Shown here: one piece after another, positions 49,279 through 57,970 of the stretch | Numbering within the stretch: position 1 is the stretch's first letter | Layout of the letters: every line of letters starts with the position of its first letter | From: Nitrospirota bacterium | GTDB taxonomy: Bacteria > Nitrospirota > UBA9217 | Length of the DNA: 64,000 nucleotides | Direction: 5' to 3' | Assembly (NCBI GenBank): GCA_035498715.1 | Contig: DATJZV010000026.1 | Coordinates: 76,875-140,874 of the forward strand | Program-made: the position numbers and the translations under genes | Notes under the pieces: model-generated | What the model saw: the letters and a program-made list of their open reading frames with translations, nothing else | Databases searched by the model: none | What the model was told of the DNA's origin: nothing

Positions 49279-50364
49279 TCATAGCTTGTCAGGAATAGAA
49301 GGCGCGGCCCTGAGCTGGCCGCAGGCAGCGTGGATGTCTTTTCCGCGGCTATTCCTGACCACGGTTATGCATCCATGATTAAGCAGAAAGTCCCTAAATG
49401 AATACACCCGTTCCTTGTCCGGGCGTTCGAACGCGCTACCCGGGAACGGATTGAACATCAGGATGTTAATCATGCACGGCAGCCCTTCGAGAAGGTCCTT
49501 GAGCCGTTTCGCGTCTTCGAAGGAATCGTTTACGCCCCTGAACAGCACATATTCGATCGTCACGGTGTTGCCGGTAGACTTGCAGTAATAATGAAGAGCC
49601 TGCATCAGGCGCGTTAGGGGATAAATCTTGTTTACCGGCATGATCCGGTCCCGTAGTTCGTCTGTGGTCGCGTTTAATGAGACAGCGAGGCTCGCAACCA
49701 TCTCTCTATCATCGGCCATCCGCTCTATCATCGGAGCAAGACCGCATGTGGAGACCGTCACTTTTTTATTCGAAAAGCCCATCCCATTGCGGTCTGTCAC
49801 GGTCTGGACAAAAGTGCTGACCGCATCGTAGTTTCTGAGCGGTTCCCCGGTTCCCATGAGTACGATATTCGTGATCGCGCCGGCCGCGATCGCGTGGGCC
49901 GCGAAGACCTGGTTCACGATCTCGGCAGCCGTAAGGTTCCGTACCAGCCCGCCTGAGCCCGTACGGCAGAAGCCGCAGCCCGATGCACAGCCCACTTGAG
50001 TAGAAACGCAGAGTGTTATCCTGCCCGGCCCAGGAATGAGCACACCTTCCACGGTGTCGCCGTCACCGAGGTGATACAGAAGCTTCTCAGTCCCGTCCTC
50101 TGATGCAATCCTCTGCGCGATCGAAAGCTTGGAGATGGTGCAATGCCTCTTGAGCTGCTCCCGGAACGGCCTGTTCAAATCGGCCATGGAATCGAAATCC
50201 TCCATCTTCCTCCGATACAGCCATATTGCCACCCGCAGTCCCTGTCCCGGTTTCTGGTCAAGCTTCTCCGTGCAGTATTGGTCTATCACTCGCGGTGTAA
50301 GTCCCTTGAGATCGATGAGATATTTTTCGGTGGGTTCGTGCATCGTGTATAACGCATCCTGCAT
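49279..50364 (-). CDS. rlmN: 23S rRNA (adenine2503-C2)-methyltransferase / tRNA m2A37 methyltransferase, radical SAM.
   Basis: YLIDLKGLTPRVIDQYC...CVSTQVGCASGCGFCRTG (the CxxxCxxC radical-SAM cluster), LMGTGEPL, SLNA. The start is between 50343 and 50364; the ORF track extends it to 50442. Confidence 0.85.
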   Translation of the reverse strand: MQDALYTMHEPTEKYLIDLKGLTPRVIDQYCTEKLDQKPGQGLRVAIWLYRRKMEDFDSMADLNRPFREQLKRHCTISKLSIAQRIASEDGTEKLLYHLGDGDTVEGVLIPGPGRITLCVSTQVGCASGCGFCRTGSGGLVRNLTAAEIVNQVFAAHAIAAGAITNIVLMGTGEPLRNYDAVSTFVQTVTDRNGMGFSNKKVTVSTCGLAPMIERMADDREMVASLAVSLNATTDELRDRIMPVNKIYPLTRLMQALHYYCKSTGNTVTIEYVLFRGVNDSFEDAKRLKDLLEGLPCMINILMFNPFPGSAFERPDKERVYSFRDFLLNHGCITVVRNSRGKDIHAACGQLRAAPSIPDKL

Positions 50365-50458
50365 CACGCATAAATTGTAAGCCCTCTGTGAGAATAATGC
50401 AATAAAATTTGAGGAAAGAATTTGACAGGTTAGCCGTGTCATGCTATCTATAGTGGCT

Positions 50459-50902
50459 ATGAAGGCGCTGCTTCAAAGGGTCTCATCGGCCAGAGTTGAG
50501 ATTGACGGAAGGTCTGTCGGTGAGATAGAAAATGGCATGCTCGTTTTTCTTTGTGCGGTTAAGGGCGATACGGACAGAGACCTCGAATATATCGTCAAAA
50601 AGGTCTCGAAGCTCAGAATCTTCGGGGACGACTATGGAAAGATGAACCTGTCGATCATGGATATCAAGGGTCAGGTGCTCGTGGTTTCACAATTTACGCT
50701 TGCAGCGTCGACGCGCAAAGGAAACCGGCCGTCCTTTGATGCCGTGGAAGCCCCCGAACGGGCCAGGTCCCTATGCGATACGTTCATCTCGAATCTCCGG
50801 CAGGCCGGACTTTACGTTCAGACCGGAGTGTTCGCGGAGTCAATGGCCGTCTCTCTGACTAACGATGGGCCAGTGACTATACTCATTGATTCGCGCGAAT
50901 GA
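50459..50902 (+). CDS. dtd: D-aminoacyl-tRNA deacylase.
   Basis: MKALLQRVSSARVEIDGRSVGEIENGMLVFLCAVKGD...VSQFTL (the SQFTL motif), about 147 aa. Confidence 0.85.
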   Translation: MKALLQRVSSARVEIDGRSVGEIENGMLVFLCAVKGDTDRDLEYIVKKVSKLRIFGDDYGKMNLSIMDIKGQVLVVSQFTLAASTRKGNRPSFDAVEAPERARSLCDTFISNLRQAGLYVQTGVFAESMAVSLTNDGPVTILIDSRE

Positions 50903-50945
50903 TAGATGAGGAAACAAAACTGTAAATCCGATCAATTAGGCATCT

Positions 50946-51800
50946 ATGCGACTTCCCAAGGTTACGATCGCCTATTTTTTGCTTTTTCCGCTCTTCCTGT
51001 TTCTCTCGGGATGCGGTTCTCTCTTTTTTTATCCCAAGAAGCAGCTGTATGATAATCCGGTAGCCCGGCAGTTTTCTCCCGAGGATATCTATTTCAAGAC
51101 TTCCGATGGGCTCACTCTGAATGGCTGGTTTTTCCAGGCAGCGAATGCGGAGGCGCGCGCAACCGTCCTCGTACTTCACGGTAATGCGGAGAACCTGAGC
51201 ACGCACGTGAACAGCGTCCTGTGGCTGGTCAGGAAAGGTTTCAACCTGTTCATCTTCGACTACCGCGGGTATGGAAAGTCCCAAGGCAGCCCCGACATAA
51301 AAGGCGTACACCTGGACGCGGAAGCGGCGCTTAAGACCGTTCTGTCTCTGCCCCAGGTGGACAAGGAGCAGATTATCGTTCTCGGCCAGAGCATTGGCGG
51401 GGCGATCGCGGTCTACACAGTGGCGCACACTCCCTATAAGGACAGGATCGCCGCGCTGGTGATTGAAAGCACGTTTTCCAGTTACCGCCTCATCGCGCGC
51501 GAGAAGCTCGCGCAGGTCTTCATCACCTGGCCGTTCCAGTATCCGCTGTCGTACCTTGTAAGCGACGCCTATAGTCCGATCCGATGGATTCGGGAGGTTT
51601 CGTACGTGCCGGTTTTGATCATTCATGGCGACCAGGACCCCGTGGTCCCGATGCATCATGGGCAAATGCTCTACGAAGCAGCCCGAGATCCCAAAGAGTT
51701 TTGGGAAACAACCGCGCCGGGGCATGTCACATCGTTTGCGGACGCAGGTGTCAGGGATAAACTCGTCCGCTATCTTACCGCACAGCTTCAGAAGATGTGA
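50946..51800 (+). CDS. Alpha/beta-hydrolase-fold lipoprotein (serine hydrolase).
   Basis: Lipobox LSGC. The nucleophile elbow GQSIGG, with Asp and His in IIHGDQDPVVP and PGHV. Confidence 0.75.
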   Translation: MRLPKVTIAYFLLFPLFLFLSGCGSLFFYPKKQLYDNPVARQFSPEDIYFKTSDGLTLNGWFFQAANAEARATVLVLHGNAENLSTHVNSVLWLVRKGFNLFIFDYRGYGKSQGSPDIKGVHLDAEAALKTVLSLPQVDKEQIIVLGQSIGGAIAVYTVAHTPYKDRIAALVIESTFSSYRLIAREKLAQVFITWPFQYPLSYLVSDAYSPIRWIREVSYVPVLIIHGDQDPVVPMHHGQMLYEAARDPKEFWETTAPGHVTSFADAGVRDKLVRYLTAQLQKM

Positions 51801-51914
51801 CAAGCATCACAACAAGAGAAATCTCCTGTACACAGTCTTTAGGGTTGACAAAAATAAAAAAGTAGGCTTTAATAAGAATCATCGTTTCAAAAAATATTAA
51901 ACAAGGAGGGTCTC

Positions 51915-52406
51915 ATGAAAAAGCTTTTGGCAGTTACAGTAGTGTCAGTTCTATTCGTGTTTGTCGTCAGCTCAGCGTTTGCTGCAGCTGCAAGTGGTAC
52001 GGCACGGCAGAATGTCGGATGCGGCCTCGGAACAATGCTCTTCCAGAACAATGCCGACCAATCATCTCTGCTCCAGGCGTTTCAGGCCACGACAAACGGT
52101 ACATTCGGCACCCAGACCTTCGGTCTTACCTCAGGTACCTCTGAGTGTAAGCAGCCTGTCAAATTTGTGAGCAATGAGCGGATGAACGAGTTCGTTGTTG
52201 CCAACATGGACAACCTGGCGAAGGATATCGCCATGGGCCACGGCGAAACGCTCGATGCTTTTGCGGACTTGATGCAGGTCCCTTCCGATAAACGCCCCGA
52301 GTTCTATAAGAAACTTCAGTCCAGCTTCGCCAAGATCTTCACCTCCGAGGATGTGGTTCTTGCGAACGTCGTAGATAACGTGGCCACTGTCTCTTCCTCG
52401 AATTAA
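51915..52406 (+). CDS. DUF3015-family secreted protein.
   Basis: A signal peptide followed by the GCGLGTMLF motif, which I recall as diagnostic for DUF3015. 163 aa. Confidence 0.55.
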   Translation: MKKLLAVTVVSVLFVFVVSSAFAAAASGTARQNVGCGLGTMLFQNNADQSSLLQAFQATTNGTFGTQTFGLTSGTSECKQPVKFVSNERMNEFVVANMDNLAKDIAMGHGETLDAFADLMQVPSDKRPEFYKKLQSSFAKIFTSEDVVLANVVDNVATVSSSN

Positions 52407-52408
52407 TC

Positions 52409-54364
52409 ATGCGCTTTACAGTATTCCGGGGTACCATGGTATACGGGACGCATAGTCCCGTATACTTTTTTTTTGTTATCATTTCATTTATTTTCTTCCT
52501 TTTTCCGGCCTGCCCGTCTCCAGCGGCAGACGACAGCTATCTTAATGCACTGCTTGAGTCTGCAAGAGAAAAGCGCCTGTCCGAAGACCGCTATTGGGAA
52601 ATCCTTGTCCACTATAAGCGTCACGGTTTAGGCAGGAAGAGCCTTATCGATGATCCCAAATTTTTTCTTGCTCCTGATGGGAAGCTGAATCCTGCAACCG
52701 AGCTCGAAGCAACTATCAGGGGCTTTTTCCAGCAGGAAAAGGGCGATCAGGAACATCCCCGCTGCCGATTCGTTGCGCGTTATGCCTGGCTCAAGGAAAA
52801 ATTGGATATCGACGAGCTCAGGCTTCCACCCGTGGCCTGTAAAGAATTTAACGAGGCGCTCGCGAGGGTAAATCCTCACTCGGCGGCGCTTATCTTTCCC
52901 GCGACCCTCAATAACAGCCCCGCCTCCATGTTCGGCCATACCCTGATAAGAATAGACAGCGAGAACCAGAACGATCTATTGTCCTATGCGGTCACGTACG
53001 CTGCGGTGACCACTGACTCGAATGGTTTTCTCTATGCCTTCAAGGGAATATTCGGCTATTACCGCGGATATTTCTCTATCCTTCCTTATTATGAAAAAGT
53101 AGCAGAGTACAGCAACATCGAGCACCGCGACATATGGGAATATCAACTTAACTTGACCGAAGAAGAGGTCCGCAGGCTGGTCATGCATGTCTGGGAAGTC
53201 AGGGACATCTATTCAGACTATTATTTTTTTGATGAGAATTGTTCCTTTGATCTGTTGCTTCTCCTGGAAGTTGCCCGGCCGTCGCTCCATTTGACAGACG
53301 CATTCTGGGACAACAAAGTTCAGTTCTGGGTCATCCCGGTGGACACCATACGGGTCATTAAGGAGAGTGGTCTGATTACCCGGGAGAAATACCGTCCCTC
53401 CCAGGCCACTCGTATCCTTGCCATTGCGTCACGAATGAAAAGTGAGGACCAGAAGGTAGCGCTCGATGTTGTGAACAAAAAGACTTTGCCGCAGGCGGTA
53501 ATGGCAATGGAGGCAGCTCCGGAAGAAAAGATGAAGATCCTGGATTTGACGGCGGAACTTCTCCAGTACAAATATGCACGCAAACAACTAGAAAAAGAGG
53601 AGTACCTTAAACAGTTCCTGCCAACGCTGAATGCCCGGAGCACACTCGGAAACCAGTCCGCAGACGTTTACGCCATTACGCCCCCAGTCCCACCCGAGCA
53701 GGGCCATCTCCCGGGCAAACTCAGCCTTGGTGCAGGCTACCAGACTGATTCCTTCTTTACAGAGATAGGATGGCGTGCAGCATACCACGACCTGCTCGAC
53801 CCGGATGAGGGATATACCGAAGGGGCGCAGATAAATTTTTTCGATATAAGCGGGAGATACTATTACAAGGAAGATTCATTGAAGCTGCAGCGTCTTCGTT
53901 TTATAGACATCGTTTCACTTTCTCCTCGAGATGCTTTTTTTAAGCCCATTTCGTGGAAAGTGAACACAGGATTCGACCGGGAACTTTTCTCGGACGGGGA
54001 GGAACATCTCATTTACAGGGTAAACCCTGGCGGCGGCTTCTCTTACAAGAACGACCTCCTGGGGCTTTCGTATGTCATGATCGAAACAGACCTGGAACTC
54101 AGCGGGGGCCTCAAGGACAATTATTCGCTCGGGTTCGGCGCCTCCGCGGGCATCATTAAAAAACTGACCGGTTCATGGAAAATCAACCTTTCCGCGAAGA
54201 GCATGTACTATGAAGCAGGAGACGAACATCGCAGTATGAAGGCGTCCCTGGCACAAAATTTCAAGATCACGACGAACAACAGTATCACCTTTTCTCTCTC
54301 CCGGGAAAAGACCTATGATTATTATCGGTCGGAACTGAATTTAAGCTGGAATATCTATTTTTAA
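52409..54364 (+). CDS. DUF4105 (Lnb N-terminal-like) domain protein with a C-terminal predicted beta-rich/outer-membrane region.
   Basis: 651 aa with an N-terminal hydrophobic region and aromatic- and Gly-rich C-terminal repeats (YRVNPGGGFSYKNDLLGLSY...) ending in a terminal aromatic residue (IYF), which is beta-barrel-like. It is paired with the DUF3015 gene upstream. Confidence 0.5.
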   Translation: MRFTVFRGTMVYGTHSPVYFFFVIISFIFFLFPACPSPAADDSYLNALLESAREKRLSEDRYWEILVHYKRHGLGRKSLIDDPKFFLAPDGKLNPATELEATIRGFFQQEKGDQEHPRCRFVARYAWLKEKLDIDELRLPPVACKEFNEALARVNPHSAALIFPATLNNSPASMFGHTLIRIDSENQNDLLSYAVTYAAVTTDSNGFLYAFKGIFGYYRGYFSILPYYEKVAEYSNIEHRDIWEYQLNLTEEEVRRLVMHVWEVRDIYSDYYFFDENCSFDLLLLLEVARPSLHLTDAFWDNKVQFWVIPVDTIRVIKESGLITREKYRPSQATRILAIASRMKSEDQKVALDVVNKKTLPQAVMAMEAAPEEKMKILDLTAELLQYKYARKQLEKEEYLKQFLPTLNARSTLGNQSADVYAITPPVPPEQGHLPGKLSLGAGYQTDSFFTEIGWRAAYHDLLDPDEGYTEGAQINFFDISGRYYYKEDSLKLQRLRFIDIVSLSPRDAFFKPISWKVNTGFDRELFSDGEEHLIYRVNPGGGFSYKNDLLGLSYVMIETDLELSGGLKDNYSLGFGASAGIIKKLTGSWKINLSAKSMYYEAGDEHRSMKASLAQNFKITTNNSITFSLSREKTYDYYRSELNLSWNIYF

Positions 54365-54532
54365 ATGACGGGGGTGTTTGATGCTTCGACACCCGGTTCA
54401 TTTGTAGCAGGAATGAATCTGATGAAGCATGGCATGTCACCTAAAGTGGCCTAGCGGACATGACGGGGAAAACAGCCCTTGACAATCGCAGCCTTTCTCT
54501 TTATTATTACACTTCGTTGTTACGACGCTTGT

Positions 54533-54619
54533 GCCGAAGTGGTGGAACTGGTAGACGCGCTGCGTTCAGGGCGCAGTGGGAGCAATCCCGTGGGGGTTCG
54601 AGTCCCCCCTTCGGCACCA
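54533..54619 (+). tRNA. tRNA-Leu (anticodon CAG) with a long variable arm and an encoded CCA.
   Basis: Acceptor stem GCCGAAG / CTTCGGC, D-loop AACTGGTAGA, anticodon loop TTCAGGG (CAG), a variable stem-loop GGGAGCAATCCCG, and T-arm GGGGGTTCGAGTCCCCC, ending ACCA. Confidence 0.85.
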
Positions 54620-54643
54620 TTTCAACACGACCCTACCTCGCTT

Positions 54644-55381
54644 ATGAAAAAAACATCTCTTATAATCCCTGTTGTGATTGTGGTGGTCCTGACAGGCTGT
54701 GCAGGAAAGAAAGAGGTCTTCGACGCTGCGGCCGTATTCAAAGATGCCGAAACAAGTATGCAGAAAGGGGACTTCGAGAAGGCGCGCAAGGGCTACCAGG
54801 AGATCCAGGAGAAGTCGCCGGACAAGAGCTTTGATGCGGCGCTTATGCTCCGGGTCGCGGATACCTACTTCGGTGAGGAGAAGTACGATGAAGCCCTCGT
54901 GGAGTACCAGGCGTTCTTGAACTACCATCCGATGAGCAAGGATGCGGCATATGCCCAATACCAGATCGCGATGTGCAACTTCAACCAGTTCACAACCATT
55001 GATCGGGACCCGAATCCTAACCGGACCGCGCTGAAGGAGTACGAGAAGGTCCTCCGGAATTATCCGAAAAGCATTTACGGAGAGGATGCAAGGGGTAAAA
55101 TCACCATCTGCCGCGACAGGAGTGCTGAATACGAACTCTATGTTGGACGGTTCTACTACAGAAAGGGCTCGTACAAGTCTGCCATCGGCCGGCTTGAAAA
55201 GCTCCTGCATGACTATCCGGGGTCCTCAGCAGAGAAGGACGCTTTATATATTACCGGCCTTTCTTACACCGACCTCGGCGACCGGGAGCAGGCACTGGCC
55301 GCGTTCAAAACGCTGGTGAAGAAGTATCCTTCCGTTCAGGGGAGCATAGGGCCCCTCATCGCGAGACTCCAGAAAAAATGA
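54644..55381 (+). CDS. bamD: Outer-membrane protein assembly factor BamD-like lipoprotein (TPR-like).
   Basis: MKKTSLIIPVVIVVVLTGCAG (lipobox), then TPR-like repeats with YQIAMCNF...YELYVGRFYYRKGSYKSAIGRLEKLL, typical of BamD/YfiO. The ORF-track start at 54479 overlaps the tRNA and was rejected. Confidence 0.75.
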   Translation: MKKTSLIIPVVIVVVLTGCAGKKEVFDAAAVFKDAETSMQKGDFEKARKGYQEIQEKSPDKSFDAALMLRVADTYFGEEKYDEALVEYQAFLNYHPMSKDAAYAQYQIAMCNFNQFTTIDRDPNPNRTALKEYEKVLRNYPKSIYGEDARGKITICRDRSAEYELYVGRFYYRKGSYKSAIGRLEKLLHDYPGSSAEKDALYITGLSYTDLGDREQALAAFKTLVKKYPSVQGSIGPLIARLQKK

Positions 55382-56016
55382 AGTACTACCCTATTTACCT
55401 CAATCTTCGCGACCGGCCCTGCTTGATCGTCGGCGGGGGGCATGTTGCCGAGCGCAAGACGCTTTCATTGATAGAAGCGGGGGCAAACGTAACAGTCATC
55501 AGTCCGTCGCTGACCCAAAAACTGCAGGAACTCACTCAATCGGGCAAGATCATTCACCAGCAGAAAACCTTCGACGACAGAGACCTCACCGATGCTCTCC
55601 TCGTTATTGCCGCTACTGATTCGCAGGAGGTGAATGCCAGCATTGGCAGGCTTTGCAAAAAAAGGAACATCCTCGTAAACGTCGTCACCCCCCCAGACGA
55701 GAGCTCGTTTATCGTCCCATCGGTGGTGGAGCGCGGCGAGCTCTTAATTGCCGTATCAACGAGCGGCATAAGCCCCGCTTTATCGAAAAGGATCCGCCAG
55801 GAGCTCGAGGAACGATACGGGCTTGAATATGAGGTGTTTCTCGGCAAGATGTCGATGCTTCGCGCCCGGCTTATGGATGAAGTGAGGGATGAGGGCGTAC
55901 GGAGAGAGATCTTGAAAGCCCTGGCGGATTCCGATGTCATCAGTTTGCTGAAAGAAGGCAAAATTCACGATGCAGATCATCGGGTGGCGGAGATTGTCCG
56001 GTTAAAGCAAAAATAG
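55378..56016 (+). CDS. sirC: Precorrin-2 dehydrogenase / sirohydrochlorin ferrochelatase (siroheme synthase N-terminal domain type).
   Basis: MKYYPIYLNLRDRPCLIVGGGHVAERK (Rossmann fold) ...AVSTSGISPALS; 212 aa. The start overlaps the bamD stop. Confidence 0.8.
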   Translation: MKYYPIYLNLRDRPCLIVGGGHVAERKTLSLIEAGANVTVISPSLTQKLQELTQSGKIIHQQKTFDDRDLTDALLVIAATDSQEVNASIGRLCKKRNILVNVVTPPDESSFIVPSVVERGELLIAVSTSGISPALSKRIRQELEERYGLEYEVFLGKMSMLRARLMDEVRDEGVRREILKALADSDVISLLKEGKIHDADHRVAEIVRLKQK

Positions 56017-56043
56017 GACGGTGGGAGCGCGGCCCGGAGAATT

Positions 56044-57633
56044 CTATCTCTTGTCCTTGAAAAGTTTTTTGAGTATGCCGCCGCTGGATTTTTTCTCTGG
56101 TTCTTTTTCTTTCTTCGCTTCTTCGATGCTTTCCGCAGCAGCAATGCCTTGCCGCAGCTGCTTCGAGTCGAGCCCCCTAGCTTGGGCCTTTATGAACACA
56201 GCATAGGCTTTGGCCTTGAGATTGTTCATGAGGTAGAAATTCCCGAGTTCCATGTAGTACTCTAGTCTGTTCGGTGACATCTCAATAACTTTTTTGAAGT
56301 ATTCCTCTGCCTCATGGCGTCTCCTCGGCATACGGGAGAGTGCAAGCCCCTGATAGAACAGGAACCGGGGATTTTCCGGATCGAGACGTACAGCCCATCG
56401 GAAGGCTTCCTCCGCTCCCCAAAAGTTGCCCGCCTTGAAGTGCCTCATCCCCTCATTATACTGATCGACGGCGTTACTCTTCTGGGCCGATTTTTCAGGC
56501 TCATGCTGTTCAGCGCTGGGCGTTTTTACTCCTTTGCCCAGGGTACTGGTGTACTGGTCTCGCTTGGCTTGTGTACTCAGTGTATCATATGCTTCGTGGA
56601 TCCTTGTGAAGAGCGCTTCAAGTTTCAGCTTCATATCGCTCATCTCGGAATCGAAGTGCCTGTCCGGGTGGTAGAGCTTCGCGAGTTTGAAGTACGCCTT
56701 CTTGATTTCCTGAGCTGTCGCACTGCGCTTTATGCCGAGAACCTGGTAATGGTCTTGGGTTTTTATGTCATCGTACGCCCTCTGTATTGTTTCCCTGGTG
56801 GCAGAAGGTACAGCGGTTTGAGGTTCACGCGGCTTCCGTTCCGACGCCGTCTTTGCCGTAACGGTTTCACGCACTATCTCGCGTGCGAAGCTCTTCTCCT
56901 CCTCGCTTTTAATTTCGCCGATCTCGGCCATCCTGAGCGCAAGGAGAACGTAGACCGCCTTGAGCGTGTTGAAGTCACCGATGCCAGACTGCGAACAGAG
57001 TTCCTCGATGTTCTTTTTCCCGTCGATCAGTGACAGGACCATCAGCTGGTCCTGGGTGAGGCCAGCGCCTTGAAAGAGCTGCGATGGGTCTGTGGATGGA
57101 CGAAGCACGGTCTTGATATGGGGAAGTGATTTACGGACAAGCTGCCAGTCGATGCCGCTTAAACCTTCAACGACCAGGCTTCCGGTGCTCATCTGGAGAG
57201 GGACGATGTCTGTCTGGGGCAGCGGGCCTTCCTCGACGGTATAGCGGCCCTCGCGCCAGGCAAACAGACTGAGAATTATGTTCTTAACCTGGAGCTTTAC
57301 GCCGCCAACCAGACTCTGCGGTGAGATAAAGCCGAGCTGGATGAGAACGGTCCCGTGCTTCTTGCCTGTTTTTTTAAAGACCTCAGCAGATGCATCGTAC
57401 TGTGCTCTGGTTATCGTGCCGGCCCGGAGCAGGCACTCGCCGAGCCTGTCCTCCTCCAGGTTAGAGGAGGCAAAGATGATATCGCCTCCTTGGAAGTAGA
57501 CTTTTTTGACCGCCGTTTCGCGCTCGAACACGACCGTGCCGGTTTTTTTTTCTGCCCGCAGCCCCTGAAAAAGCAGGGGGATTGTCATATCCGTTATATT
57601 GCCGGCAGGGGTGATCATATTATCCTTGAGCAC
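56044..57633 (-). CDS. Multidomain protein with N-terminal DUF4388 domains, a J-domain (DnaJ) and C-terminal TPR repeats.
   Basis: 529 aa. Two repeats of the DUF4388-type pattern (LLFQGLRAEKKTGTVVF...; LSLIDGKKNIEEL...) are followed by the J-domain QDHYQVLGIKRSATAQEIKKAYFKLAKLYHPDR (with the HPD motif), then TPR helices and a K-rich tail. Confidence 0.7.
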   Translation of the reverse strand: MLKDNMITPAGNITDMTIPLLFQGLRAEKKTGTVVFERETAVKKVYFQGGDIIFASSNLEEDRLGECLLRAGTITRAQYDASAEVFKKTGKKHGTVLIQLGFISPQSLVGGVKLQVKNIILSLFAWREGRYTVEEGPLPQTDIVPLQMSTGSLVVEGLSGIDWQLVRKSLPHIKTVLRPSTDPSQLFQGAGLTQDQLMVLSLIDGKKNIEELCSQSGIGDFNTLKAVYVLLALRMAEIGEIKSEEEKSFAREIVRETVTAKTASERKPREPQTAVPSATRETIQRAYDDIKTQDHYQVLGIKRSATAQEIKKAYFKLAKLYHPDRHFDSEMSDMKLKLEALFTRIHEAYDTLSTQAKRDQYTSTLGKGVKTPSAEQHEPEKSAQKSNAVDQYNEGMRHFKAGNFWGAEEAFRWAVRLDPENPRFLFYQGLALSRMPRRRHEAEEYFKKVIEMSPNRLEYYMELGNFYLMNNLKAKAYAVFIKAQARGLDSKQLRQGIAAAESIEEAKKEKEPEKKSSGGILKKLFKDKR

Positions 57634-57764
57634 AAAAATTGATGCATATTGTTTTGCATTATATCACGTTTTTGTGTTTTTGCATCCAAATCCTTATGTG
57701 GGGACGAGCTTGAGATCATGTAAAGACCTCGGATCATGCGGAGAGGGGCAGGTTGGTATAAGGG

Positions 57765-57793
57765 TTGACTGTCATCGTTGTTCTTATTATAAT
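57765..57793 (+). promoter_or_regulatory. Sigma70-like promoter upstream of the 1390-aa activase-fusion gene.
   Basis: TTGACT (57765-57770), 17-nt spacer, TATAAT (57788-57793). This leaves a 5' UTR of about 170 nt before ATG 57971. Confidence 0.35.
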
Positions 57794-57970
57794 AATACCT
57801 GTTCAAAACATGTCTCATCCTCACTGTTCCGGAATGAAGCAGAAAAGAAGCGAGAACAGCACAACGGGAGACCCTTACGGTGACCTGTCACGCGTTTTCT
57901 GAAAAAGCTGGCTGTCTTCTGTAGTAAGCCGTGCTTTCAGGTCAAATCATCCAAGGATAAGGAGCGACGT

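Noticed and set aside
54479-54643. 5' extension of the bamD ORF starting at 54479 in the ORF track.
   Set aside because: The extension runs straight through the tRNA-Leu gene (54533-54619). The lipoprotein signal peptide (MKKTSLII...TGCAG) begins at 54644.
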